IMG/VR virus record: IMGVR_UViG_3300005841_000032
Location: 46,428 to 110,427 of that record
From: a virus
Reading direction: 5' to 3' (one strand)
DNA: 64,000 bases
The notes beneath the pieces were generated by a model that was not told the origin of the DNA, did not search any database, and saw only the letters and a program-made list of their open reading frames with translations. Position 1 is the first letter of the stretch, and each line of letters begins with the position of its first letter. Positions 48,009 through 58,415 of the stretch are shown here, in pieces. Position numbers and translations under genes: made by a program.

Positions 48009-48393
48009 CTCTTCTTATAAAGAAGTTCACTGCCTCAATTCCAAAGGCTCCAGTTAACGTCCCAAATACAAATATCTCTCTTACTTGAACAGCGTAAAAT
48101 ACTTCAAGTAATCCAAATAAAACAAATAATTTAATGCACCACGCCGTAGAATAATGGATCAGCATTGAATTAAAATCTTCTTTATTAAATTTATTATCGC
48201 TATCCTCTATACCGTCCTTTAACCATTTTCTAAAACTTGGAACAAACATAAATCCCAACTCAGGCAAAAATAGCATAAAGCAAAAAATAGGGAATAGAAA
48301 ATGATAATCTATTCCTGCTAATGCCATTGACGCAAAGGCGGCAACGAAGCGCAATGAAAACATATACCCCAAAACAGAAATTATCTTTATCAT
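47995..48393 (-). CDS. Multi-pass membrane protein (holin candidate)
   Basis: Four hydrophobic segments and a basic C-terminus. Confidence 0.5.
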   Translation of the reverse strand: MIKIISVLGYMFSLRFVAAFASMALAGIDYHFLFPIFCFMLFLPELGFMFVPSFRKWLKDGIEDSDNKFNKEDFNSMLIHYSTAWCIKLFVLFGLLEVFYAVQVREIFVFGTLTGAFGIEAVNFFIRRGEKK

Positions 48394-50027
48394 TCTACGT
48401 TTACATATTTAGCTTCAAAAAATTCATCAAATGCTTTTTGAAATGGACTTTCCTCTTCCATTAAAAATGGATTTGTATTTGATTGTCTTTCTTCTTCTTT
48501 TTGTGAGTCTTGCTGATCTTGTTCTTGTTGCCCTTGCATTTCCATTTGCTGTTGCTGCATAAACAATGGATTCAAGGGAAGGTCGGCGGCTTTAGATTTA
48601 AGCGGTTTTAATTTTTTCCCAGCCCTTATCTCATTGGGAGTTAAATAAACAGTTGCAGCCTTTAATAGTCTTTCTTCTTCTTCAGATGCACTTTCAACCT
48701 CTAATCCAGCAAACTGGAATTCAAATTGTCTATTAGTAAGAGGGAAAATTATAAACTCATTAATCCAAGTCTGCATATAAGTCAATAAGGGTTTCAATCC
48801 CTTATTAATCGAATAATCTTTTTCCTGTTTACCTCCCTCCTTACTTCCCATTCCACCCTGCCTTGTACCTTGCAATGGGAAACCTATTTCTTCCGGCGAT
48901 ATTGTGTATACTGCACAGGCTAACTTAATCATCAGTTCATAGAATGCAGAATATTCCATGTCTCTATTGGTTTTCTGCATGTCAACCCAATCAACATTTT
49001 CAGCATCCAAAATCAAAGTTTTGCCGTTATTTTCAGCACCTGCGATCATTGCTTGCCAGTCGCGTCTTATTTGTTGTATGGCATCAGCCTGTATATTGCC
49101 TTTCTTTACAAACAAAGCTCCTTTTGGAGAGGAACCAGTTTTGAATATTGATCCATTATAACGATCTGCATTCAATAGATTAGTTACAGTAGTTATTAAT
49201 ATTTCTAATTCACTTGTCCCATATCCATTTGAATAAATACTTGTTGTTGGATTTCTTAATCCATAGCATAATTCCCAAGGATAAAATTCTGCTTTAATTA
49301 ACCCATCTATTACTTGAACATATTTGGGCAAGTATCCATTTACTCTTGTTCTTTCATGTTTATTTACATCGTTATTTGCCGTATCTGCAAACCTTACTGT
49401 TGCTCCATCTACTGCAACAAACATAGATGGCTTACCCATCCTTGTAGGTATTACCTCAAATGCAGCAAAGTCACCTACCAAAGAATCAGTAAGTACTTTT
49501 TTGCCAAACGTATCGAAATTATCTAAATCCCAAATGTTCTCTTCGTTACCGCAATTATTAATAAAATTGGTAAGGTATTCAATAATACGTTTATCCTGAT
49601 TCGTTAATTCATCTTCACTATTTACGCCTTTCTTTTTAAATTTGTAACCATTAGAATATCTATAGGGTTGAGGTTTAAGAAAATCACCTAGTTGATCTTT
49701 TCTTGTTTTAAGAATTGCAGCAATAACAGGAGTACGCGACATATTGCGTAATATGTTTCCTGTGATTCCGCCCGGGGAATAATATCCGTTTGTGCTGGAT
49801 ACATTGTACGGATCAATAATGATAGATTTCATTCCCTCAATCGGGGGCTTATATCTATCGTTTAATAAGTTGCTTTGCTGATAATAATTTTGCGCTTTAA
49901 ATATAGCGTCTACATCGCCTGACTTAACGGCGTTTTGAAGGGCTAACGCTTTTTGGATTTGTAATTTTCGTTCCGTTTCGTCAAACTCTCTAAGTTGCTT
50001 AGCGATATTTTGCCCATGAAGTGACAA
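48390..50027 (-). CDS. Portal protein
   Basis: AVDGATVR, RNPTTSIYSNGYGTSELE, CAVYTISPEEIGF, KGLKPLL, TPNEIR. Confidence 0.92.
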   Translation of the reverse strand: MSLHGQNIAKQLREFDETERKLQIQKALALQNAVKSGDVDAIFKAQNYYQQSNLLNDRYKPPIEGMKSIIIDPYNVSSTNGYYSPGGITGNILRNMSRTPVIAAILKTRKDQLGDFLKPQPYRYSNGYKFKKKGVNSEDELTNQDKRIIEYLTNFINNCGNEENIWDLDNFDTFGKKVLTDSLVGDFAAFEVIPTRMGKPSMFVAVDGATVRFADTANNDVNKHERTRVNGYLPKYVQVIDGLIKAEFYPWELCYGLRNPTTSIYSNGYGTSELEILITTVTNLLNADRYNGSIFKTGSSPKGALFVKKGNIQADAIQQIRRDWQAMIAGAENNGKTLILDAENVDWVDMQKTNRDMEYSAFYELMIKLACAVYTISPEEIGFPLQGTRQGGMGSKEGGKQEKDYSINKGLKPLLTYMQTWINEFIIFPLTNRQFEFQFAGLEVESASEEEERLLKAATVYLTPNEIRAGKKLKPLKSKAADLPLNPLFMQQQQMEMQGQQEQDQQDSQKEEERQSNTNPFLMEEESPFQKAFDEFFEAKYVNVE

Positions 50028-50033
50028 ATAATA

Positions 50034-51052
50034 TTATTTTTTAGCGCGAACAAATGTTATGACTTTCTTTCCTTCGTTATAAACGATATATGGCATAAGA
50101 CCCTCACAAGCCTTTACAAAAGCACCATCTTTATCTTCTATATCTTCGGCTTTCATTAATTCATTACGAAATTTATCAATGCCTGACAAAGTATAATATT
50201 CAAATTTATCAGCAGGATATTTTTCATCAAATTCCGCTTTTACAATTGCTTGAGCAACCGGCTTATTTGAACTTGCTTCTTTATAAGTATTATAAATTTG
50301 CGCCTTTTTTTGTTTCTGATATTCTACTATTTCTGGTGCAATTTGCTCCTGCCTTGTCATCGTATACCTAATTTATTCTTAAATATACGATTTTCAGGCC
50401 TCTATTTCTTTCTCTTTTTCTAATTGGACTAGCAAACTTTTCCTAGTCAATTCGGCATCATTAATAGAATCTTTATAATACTGAATGATAGTCTCAATGG
50501 CATATATTTTATCTTGCGTGCCAATAGTTACTTTCCAAAGAGGCTCTCTTAATTGCTCTCGATTATCTTTCCAGTATCCAATTCTCAATGAAACAACGCC
50601 AAACGCTTTACACATTTGTAATTTTTGAAGGGCTTGCATTTTATCCATGCCTGACTTCTTCATCAGTTGATCAATGGTAAACCACTTTTTACCCACCGAC
50701 TCTTCAATATAACTGGCAAAATGCAATGCTCCCTTTCTGTTTTCTGGATCAGCAAGGAATTCATTAATTGTTTTCTCTTCCTCCGAAGTGACTACGCGTT
50801 GCTCAGTTTCACTCATTTTTTATTGTGATATTCTTCTAAAATTTCATTTACAATCGGCAATACTTCCTCAAAGTATTTTGTATCGTGACATTTCATTCTT
50901 TTTTCTGGATTCTTGAATGCGCTCATTGTTTCATGGTAATATTTTAAATGCGCTTCTCCTGACTTCTTAATTGCTTTTAGAACATTGATCTGTGAAGATC
51001 TTAGACTCTCTATGTTTATTTTGAATTTCTCTTTTACATTCACCATGCTCAA
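50034..51052 (-). other. Three hypothetical CDSs (50034-50360, 50394-50816, 50813-51052)
   Basis: 50034-50360 has xxKA motifs and a late-promoter variant; 50394-50816 may carry a winged helix. Confidence 0.5.
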
Positions 51053-51091
51053 AATTATGGAATCTTTAATTATTAAAAAAAGATTTGTTTT

Positions 51092-51787
51092 TCACCATTC
51101 AAATTTAACTCTATGACTTACATTAATTCCGCTCTCCACTGTTACTTCACTACTACTCGAACGAAATCGAGTCACATAATATCTAAACAAATCGACTAAG
51201 GCTATTACATCATTCATTGCTCGGTGACCATCTGCCATTTGTATTCCAGCTCTTTCGCAACACGAACCCATTTTGAAATCATCCGTTCCCTCTGCCAATT
51301 CTCCATGAACCATTTTTGCAAGATCAATAGTGTCTATAAATCTAGGGTGCCATTTACCAGTCGGATCAATATAACCGGCCACATATTTACTTAAATCTTT
51401 TCCGCATCGCTTAAATACATCTTCTGTAAAGGGGTTGTCAAATGATCCATTATGGGCAACAAGTACTGGAAGCTGCACTTTGCTTTTGTGAACATTAGCT
51501 TCTTCAAATACTTGAATCATATCATCAACTAACTGTTCTAATTCTACTCCGTCTCTTTCGCATTGTTCAATGGATAATCCATTTATTTTCATTGCTTGAG
51601 GCTCATAAATTAGTTTCTCATCATATGGCTTAACCAGATTGTCGTAAGCAATTATGTTTTCTAGCGTCTTGCCACTTATAGCTATCATTGCTAATTCCAT
51701 TACGGCGTTTTTCTGGCAACTAAGCCCCGAACTTTCCCAGTCATAAATAATATAGCTATTTACTTTCTTGTTTTCTTTTGTTGCCAT
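51092..51787 (-). CDS. DEDDh 3'-5' exonuclease
   Basis: YDWESSGL, VAHNGSFD, IDTIDLA, HRAMND. Confidence 0.9.
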   Translation of the reverse strand: MATKENKKVNSYIIYDWESSGLSCQKNAVMELAMIAISGKTLENIIAYDNLVKPYDEKLIYEPQAMKINGLSIEQCERDGVELEQLVDDMIQVFEEANVHKSKVQLPVLVAHNGSFDNPFTEDVFKRCGKDLSKYVAGYIDPTGKWHPRFIDTIDLAKMVHGELAEGTDDFKMGSCCERAGIQMADGHRAMNDVIALVDLFRYYVTRFRSSSSEVTVESGINVSHRVKFEW

Positions 51788-51940
51788 TACTTCTTTATTT
51801 CAGGCCAACTCCAATTATATAAATCATTTCCAAATGCAGATTTTTTATATTGCATTTTATCTGCTCCAAAACTTTCCCAATCTATATAAGTGCCCATTTC
51901 ATATTCATCGCTTGAATTCACATTCTTACGATCACCATAA

Positions 51941-52132
51941 TCATGTCCACATAAGCGTAACATCATTTATGCTTACCACCATATTTCTAAATACAAGTAG
52001 CCAGATACCATTTAAACCAATGGCGGCTAATGTGTGATACAGAATTGATTTACTGTTTCTTGCTCTACTTACAAGGGTAAAACTTGCGTTTTGTACAACA
52101 ACAAGTAAAAATAGAATTATGATTTCTTTCAT
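51941..52132 (-). CDS. Small membrane protein, possibly truncated
   Basis: Two TM helices; followed by an overlapping 59-codon frame coupled to the exonuclease start. Confidence 0.45.
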   Translation of the reverse strand: MKEIIILFLLVVVQNASFTLVSRARNSKSILYHTLAAIGLNGIWLLVFRNMVVSINDVTLMWT

Positions 52133-52134
52133 AT

Positions 52135-52420
52135 TTATTGATTTCCGCCGCCTCCCCAATTATCTGATTTGCTTATTATAGTTTCTATTGCTGGTTTATT
52201 CATCATTTCATCCCAATCTTTCCTAAACTGATCTACATTATCCAATTTTTCTAGTTTTCTTTCTAGTTCAATGCTATTAACTAAATAATAAGGAATTGAA
52301 CAAATAGGATTTTTTTCTAAATCATGAAAGTGAATAAAATTATTATCCCCAATGATAACCAAACGCTTGAATAATTTTTTCTGGCGCGTAATATTTAAAT
52401 GTCACTTTGTATTCATTCAT
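52135..52420 (-). pseudogene. Hypothetical gene with +1 frameshift in a G run
   Basis: MNEYKVTFKYYAPEKIIQAFGYHW joins DNNFIHFHDLE if one G at 52347-52350 is removed. Confidence 0.55.
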
Positions 52421-52653
52421 ACTCGCGTTCTTATTTTATCTGTTAATAGTGTTACTAATTCAAACAAAACTTTCAATCTTTCTAGCGCCTCATAGCCACC
52501 CACTTCACGATTTCTAAATAGTTCTTCTACTAATGCTATTTCTGCCCCTATTCTTTCAATTCCTAATAAAACTTCTACCGTCAAAGCATCATCTTCATTA
52601 ACTTCCGTTGCTGCTTTGTATTCTTTATGCAGATCAATTTCTTCTTCGTCCAT
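52417..52653 (-). CDS. Hypothetical protein
   Basis: 78 aa acidic ORF. Confidence 0.45.
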   Translation of the reverse strand: MDEEEIDLHKEYKAATEVNEDDALTVEVLLGIERIGAEIALVEELFRNREVGGYEALERLKVLFELVTLLTDKIRTRV

Positions 52654-52654
52654 T

Positions 52655-53296
52655 TTATATCAAAGGTAATGTTTTTACTACATTTAAATCTACTTGTCCA
52701 GAAATTCCATTTACACTTCCTTTTGCAGTCCATTGCCACATAATCCAATCATTCCAACCAATAGGTGGTTTTGGCAACTTTAACTTTTCAAAAGTGGAAT
52801 CTAAAACATAATTATTGTTTCTATCTAATGGGTAACCTGACAGCCAAAGAGGCAATCTACCAAGTCTATGTGTCGGGTTTAAATATGAATTAAGAAAGCC
52901 AGCGCTAGAATATAAAACGCATTTCCAATTCAATATTTCACAGTAAGTTTCAATCCACTGTTCTACCTCTGATTTATTTAGATTTACTTCATTTGTTTCT
53001 ACATCAATAACTGGCAATAAATCAACTTTAATATCTTTAGTTGTTTTCAAGAAAAATTCAGCTTCTTTCTTGGCATCTTCTTTTTCATTAGGGTCATTCA
53101 ATGAAGCAAAATGATACAGACCTACTTTCAATCCGGCTTTCTTAGCATTGGTGAAATTTTCTACAAATTTATTATCTATACTATCAACTCCCTGAGAATG
53201 TTTTACATAAACAAATTCATAGCCACTTGCTTTAACTTTATTGAAGTCAATAGCATATTTACAATTCCATTTCGATACATCGATTCCCTTTATCAT
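52655..53296 (-). CDS. GH25 muramidase (endolysin)
   Basis: GIDVSKWN, GLKVGLYHF, IDVE, WQWT, VDLN. Confidence 0.93.
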   Translation of the reverse strand: MIKGIDVSKWNCKYAIDFNKVKASGYEFVYVKHSQGVDSIDNKFVENFTNAKKAGLKVGLYHFASLNDPNEKEDAKKEAEFFLKTTKDIKVDLLPVIDVETNEVNLNKSEVEQWIETYCEILNWKCVLYSSAGFLNSYLNPTHRLGRLPLWLSGYPLDRNNNYVLDSTFEKLKLPKPPIGWNDWIMWQWTAKGSVNGISGQVDLNVVKTLPLI

Positions 53297-55356
53297 TATT
53301 CTATCATGTTATCTTTATATACTTGCCAGTCTTCGATGCTTTGCGGGTAATTATTTCTATCCTCTATTAGCTGTAGATTAGCATTTATATAGTCTAAAAA
53401 TACTTTGTGACCATATTCCTTTACTTTATTCTTAATTTCTACAGAAGTTTCGTCAATTATTCTTTGCGCTACCTCACTTCTCATAGCTCATTTATTATTT
53501 TCTGATATATTTCCTGATCATGTATTTTTATGTACCCTAACTTTCGTTCAAAGTTAAATAACTTCTTTTTATTTTCCAAGCAATCATGCTCCCATATTAC
53601 GTGTCCACTATCACTTGCGCCCATTGATTCAAGAAAAATATTATTCTTATCCCAAATCAATTCTGTCTTTCCTAGATTCTTACAACGCCTTTGCGAGATT
53701 GTGTGCGAATGACTAAGTGGTAAATCAGTTCTACCGGTTGCCTCACAATATTGTTCTCGCTCATTATCTATTTCATCACAAACTATTCTATACCTACTTA
53801 CTATTTCGACTTGCGTGACCAACTCCCCATTGCTACAACGAAATTTGTTTTCTCTCTTTGTTCGACTCTTTCTTGACGATCTTTTTTGAATTGATCTAAA
53901 TTCTCTTTCAATTTCTCTTGTTGCTTCTCTATCTTCTTTTCCTTGCACTTGCAATTTATGCATTTGCAATCTTTCTTGATTGTGTTTTTGGCAGAGTTTG
54001 TATTTTTTGTTGACGACATATTTGCTATTACAAGTGAGGCATCTTACTTCTTCCATCCAATAAAATTTGCGGTATCTGCAACCCTTTCATAAGTTTCTAT
54101 TTCGTTCAATTCTTTCCAGCGTGTTTCATATCGCTTTAATTGAAATACTGCTGATTCTTGTAATTTATAATATATTTCTTCATTTACTTTATTGTCAAGC
54201 GATTTTAGATGCAAGTCTGCAAGATACTTTATTTGCTCACTAATTCGCTTCTGCAAAAACTTCTTATCATTCCAAAGATCTGTTTTCATTTTTTGAACGT
54301 CTTTCTCCATACTATATAATCACCTATTAATATTACAATACTAATTCCAAAAAGAACACACTCTATGCCCCACCATTCAGGTTTATTAAAAGGACTTATA
54401 ACATGAGCCAAAAACACAAATACATGAGCTGCCGCAAAGAAGCGAATCCAAATCTTACCATTTGTTATAAAATATTTCCAAAAGCTCATAGTTATTATTT
54501 TTCGTAGTACATCCAATCAGTTTCCTTGCCAGTCCACCCTTTAACTCGCTTACCTCTTTTTACCTTATGTAACTTTAACCGTTTCAATTTACTGTATAAT
54601 CAGTTATAAAATCAGTTCCATTTTCTTTTTTGCCACCTATATGCTGTTTTTGCTGCAAGTACTCTTCGGGTGTCATTTTAAAATAACTTTTAAAATGATC
54701 GCCTACTATCTTTTTATTTTTGTTAGTTAATTCCCAAGCGAAACGAATATGTCTAAAGAGAGGCGTCTCTCCATCATCAAATATAAGAAGATTTCTAAAC
54801 AGTTCGTCTATAGCTTTATATTCATTATAAGCAAACAATGAGGCCTGTCGCAAATTAAATACCTCTAATTTGTTTATTTTCAGCGTTTCTTTATTGTTTT
54901 CAAACAAAATAATGTTTTCCTTATGTATTGCTCTCACTTCCTCATCCATCATTATTGTTTTCTGTCTCTCTTTAAGGGTTTGCCAATACATTTCTTCTAA
55001 TTTTTTGGAAGCCTCGTTTAACGCATTTGTTTTATCTCTAATCAATTCTGCGTTTGACCCTATCCAATCTACTAGTTTGTCGTTATCTTTTAATTCTGAC
55101 CGTCTAATGAGCTTAAAAATAGCAAATAAAGCCGTTGAATACCCAATGAATAGGAATATGACAAATTCTACGCTCATGGAAGTAATTCGTCACCTGCATT
55201 TTCTAAATCTGATCCAGCCGATTCCAGTAATTCCTTGGTTGCGTCTGGAACTTCACCCGTCACCACACTAGCTGCATCCTTTACAATAGCCACTGGCGTT
55301 AAAACTACTTTAACTGTTGCCGTTGCTATATTAGTCACAAAATCAAATAACCCCAT
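53296..55356 (-). other. Small hypothetical CDSs (53296-53484, 54044-54310, 54286-54516, 54584-55177, 55174-55356)
   Basis: Co-oriented and coupled; 54286-54516 and 54584-55177 have TM helices. Confidence 0.5.
53481..54056 (-). CDS. Zn-finger / degenerate HNH-like protein
   Basis: CLTC...LCQKH; CEATGR...SHSHTIS...NNIFLE...H. Confidence 0.45.
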   Translation of the reverse strand: MEEVRCLTCNSKYVVNKKYKLCQKHNQERLQMHKLQVQGKEDREATREIEREFRSIQKRSSRKSRTKRENKFRCSNGELVTQVEIVSRYRIVCDEIDNEREQYCEATGRTDLPLSHSHTISQRRCKNLGKTELIWDKNNIFLESMGASDSGHVIWEHDCLENKKKLFNFERKLGYIKIHDQEIYQKIINEL

Positions 55357-55359
55357 ATT

Positions 55360-56070
55360 TTAATCAATTAGTTTTTCAGTTACTATTCCTCCACCAACTC
55401 CTAACAGGAACCAATGATACCATTTCAATTTCTTTTCTTCTTTCACAACCACTGCTTCAAATTTACCTACTTTCATATTTGGATCACCAAACTTTAAATC
55501 GGCCACTAATTGTTTTTTTCTAAAAACCTTACCCTTTTCTCGTGGCATTTTCTTTCTATACGTTGTTAAATCAAATCCACCTAAATCATATTGATATTCA
55601 ACTATTACTACATTATCAGAAAGGTAATAATCTTCATTTATTGTTAAATATTTATTAGACCAACTAAAGTTTTTAAAATCAATAGTATCTCTTACCCCTG
55701 CTTTATCTACAAATCTAATTGAATCTTTCCACTTAACACTATCTTTTCCTTTAAATCCAGCCTTACCTTTCCAAAATCCCACAAGGTTTTTCAAATTTCC
55801 CACTTGCCCTATTAACTCTTCTTTACTAGTTCCATTTTCTTCTGCCAATCTTTTCAGGTCTCTTATGGTCAATTCCTGAACCGATACTTGATGAATCAAT
55901 TCACCATGTCTGTTAATATAGGTTCTGGCAATATGAAATGCACTATCCTTTGCATTAGACGCATTTACTACTTCATTGCTTTTACTTTTACAAGTCTTTA
56001 CGCTAATCGCAACCATTGCAATTAGTATAAAGATTGCTATTTCACGCCAATACTTTTTAATGATTTCCAT
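55360..56070 (-). CDS. Membrane-anchored protein, spanin-like candidate
   Basis: N-terminal TM/lipoprotein signal (IAIFILIAMVAISVKTC) and C-terminal hydrophobic WYHWFLLGVGGGI. Confidence 0.5.
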   Translation of the reverse strand: MEIIKKYWREIAIFILIAMVAISVKTCKSKSNEVVNASNAKDSAFHIARTYINRHGELIHQVSVQELTIRDLKRLAEENGTSKEELIGQVGNLKNLVGFWKGKAGFKGKDSVKWKDSIRFVDKAGVRDTIDFKNFSWSNKYLTINEDYYLSDNVVIVEYQYDLGGFDLTTYRKKMPREKGKVFRKKQLVADLKFGDPNMKVGKFEAVVVKEEKKLKWYHWFLLGVGGGIVTEKLID

Positions 56071-56333
56071 GTTATAATGTGATATATTCCCTCTTTAGAT
56101 TTTTCTAATGATTCTACTTCCAAATTAACCTCACTTAATAAATCAATTGTTTCTTTAGATAGCTTTCTATAAACGTTTAACTTTTTCTCTTTAGCCACTT
56201 TAGGCTCTGTCTTAATACATTTGCGAATCGTATCGCAAACAAAATCAGCTTCTATTTCATAAATTGATTTTTCATCTTCTTTTACCGGTTTCAATTTTTG
56301 GGCTTCTAAATCAGCTTTTGACAATTTGTTCAT
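56037..56333 (-). CDS. Hypothetical late protein
   Basis: ATG 4 nt after the late-promoter motif; LSKA/LEKS motifs. Confidence 0.5.
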   Translation of the reverse strand: MNKLSKADLEAQKLKPVKEDEKSIYEIEADFVCDTIRKCIKTEPKVAKEKKLNVYRKLSKETIDLLSEVNLEVESLEKSKEGIYHIITWKSLKSIGVK

Positions 56334-56350
56334 AATTTTAAAAATACGGT

Positions 56351-56980
56351 TTATATGTCGAAAACTATTGGTTCATTTACAAGTCTATAATTTTCATTTA
56401 ATACGCTTGCGTTTACAAAATGAGTGTTGGGAGACAATAACTTACCATACGCTTCATGTATGTGCCCAAATAAATGAAATCTCGGTTTTTTGTCTAAAAC
56501 GCTACGCAATAAATCTTCGCATCCACATTCTTGACTATTATCATTTTTATCTAAAATACTCTTTGGTGGACCATGTGTAATTAGTATATCAAGGTTTTCA
56601 GGTATATCGTCCCAATATTTCTTTATCTCTGCACCCCTATGAACATTAAACGCCCAATCAAAAAACCACGGTGTCACGGGTGAACCATATATTTTAATGC
56701 CATTTACTTCAACGCCTTCATCTTTAAGATAAATAATGCCTCTATTCATTAAAGCGCTATCTATTTCTTCCTGATCTGTCTCTTGGAAATACCAATCATG
56801 ATTCCCAGCTATAAAGATTTTATATAAAAAAGGCAATTGCTCAAACCAATTTAAAAATTCATAAACTTCTTGTTTGTATCCTCTACTAGTTACGTCTCCA
56901 CAATGAATAATACAATCACATTTTGGCAATACCAATTTATTATGCTGACCATGTGTGTCGGAAATTACAACCACCCTCAT
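56351..56980 (-). CDS. Calcineurin-like metallophosphoesterase
   Basis: SDTH, HCGD, AGNHD, ITHGPP, FGHIHE. Confidence 0.92.
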   Translation of the reverse strand: MRVVVISDTHGQHNKLVLPKCDCIIHCGDVTSRGYKQEVYEFLNWFEQLPFLYKIFIAGNHDWYFQETDQEEIDSALMNRGIIYLKDEGVEVNGIKIYGSPVTPWFFDWAFNVHRGAEIKKYWDDIPENLDILITHGPPKSILDKNDNSQECGCEDLLRSVLDKKPRFHLFGHIHEAYGKLLSPNTHFVNASVLNENYRLVNEPIVFDI

Positions 56981-56981
56981 A

Positions 56982-57971
56982 TTAATCGTTTCTATGTTTC
57001 TTCAATTTATCCCTTAGCTTATTCATCATGTTTTCTTGCAACTTGTCTTTTAATTGCTGCTCTGTTTTTTGCTCTATTTCTTTTGGGCGATTATCTATAA
57101 ATTTAGGGTCTTCTTTTATTACTTCTGGATAAGGCGTTATATCTTTAAATTTACCAACTACTTCTAGTGGCATTTCTTCATATTCAATATCAATTGTTTT
57201 TGTTTTGTCTGTCTTCTTAATTTCTTCCACTATCTTCCGATTGCCACTTTCAATATCTATTTCTATTTTCTTCTGCTTTATAATTACTCGCTGAATACCG
57301 TTAATAGGAACTGTTCTTGCTTCTTGAATCAACTTAAGCATTTCTACTTTTTCTTCAAGGGAAAGATTATCTAAATTATACCCCGGTATTCCTCTATAAA
57401 TATCTCTTTCATTTCTTACAATAGTAGCCGTATCATCATTAAATTCTAATACCACTTTCTTGTCATGCAAACCTAACAATTCTTCTTTATACTGCAATGC
57501 TTTTATAGCATGCATATATTTTGTCATTATCTGCTGAATATCTTTTGGATTCTTTTTGTCCAATTCCATTCCGTGCCAAAATCCTTCCATTGCCATACAC
57601 TTTTGATATATATCTTCATATCTACTCATGTGAGTTTGAAAGGCGTATTCTCGATCTTTTAATAGGCTATTTTCAAAGAACTTATACGCATCTACACAAA
57701 GCTTCATGAACTTTGTTTCCGTCATTTGTTCGTCTTCTACGCAAAGAGTGGCGAATATCTCATTCGTTCTTAATCCATCTTTTATTAAATGATAAACGCG
57801 CTCTGCCAGCGCGTAATGTTCAGGTGTGTCGTTTACATGAACTTCATGACGTTCATAATTTCCTCTTTTCTGATCGTCATTTAGAAAGGTCTTTTGATAT
57901 TTTACTAATTCACCTTTCTTGTTCTTACCTTCTATTTTTACTTTAGATGGTTTCATTTTTATCCAAACCAA
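56982..57971 (-). CDS. Terminase small-subunit-like paralog
   Basis: Shares H..RYE.IY...AL..KE.LLG.H with 59880-60464. Confidence 0.5.
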   Translation of the reverse strand: MVWIKMKPSKVKIEGKNKKGELVKYQKTFLNDDQKRGNYERHEVHVNDTPEHYALAERVYHLIKDGLRTNEIFATLCVEDEQMTETKFMKLCVDAYKFFENSLLKDREYAFQTHMSRYEDIYQKCMAMEGFWHGMELDKKNPKDIQQIMTKYMHAIKALQYKEELLGLHDKKVVLEFNDDTATIVRNERDIYRGIPGYNLDNLSLEEKVEMLKLIQEARTVPINGIQRVIIKQKKIEIDIESGNRKIVEEIKKTDKTKTIDIEYEEMPLEVVGKFKDITPYPEVIKEDPKFIDNRPKEIEQKTEQQLKDKLQENMMNKLRDKLKKHRND

Positions 57972-58415
57972 CCTTCAACTTTAATTGGCTTTCCCTTAGG
58001 CTTTGCTTTTTTGCCACGCCCTACTATTTCGCTTGCTTTCATTGCATCATTCATTTCTTCAAAATCCAATTTACTTTGAGCGTAAATTTCAATAATATCA
58101 AAATAAAACTCCAATATATTATTGTCATCTTTATCTTTTAAAAGATTTCGCAATCCACCGAATACTTTCTCAAATCGCTTGCTTCTCTTTTTCTTTTTCA
58201 TATAATTGACTTCAATCTAAATTTACCTTTGAAACATTGTTCAATAATTCATTAAGCTTTTCACATGATTCTTTGCTTAATCTATTTCCTCTTTCACTAT
58301 ACCATTCACAATTATCTGATTCGTAAAAAGCAAGTTGAGTAATTTCAATACCTCCTTCTTGAACAGATCCGCATACTACAAATGGAATCAATTTATTTAA
58401 TTTTTTAATAATCAT
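57959..58415 (-). other. Two small hypothetical CDSs (57959-58201, 58212-58415)
   Basis: Co-oriented ORFs downstream of terminase. Confidence 0.45.

Larger units (their letters stand above)
5001..56348 (-). promoter_or_regulatory. Dispersed late-promoter-like motif (C/G/A)GTATTTTTAA
   Basis: Copies at 5001, 10985, 14528, 15322, 18654, 22719, 25133, 27340, 28480, 42946, 56338, with variants at 50379 and 61877, each upstream of a start codon. Confidence 0.75.
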
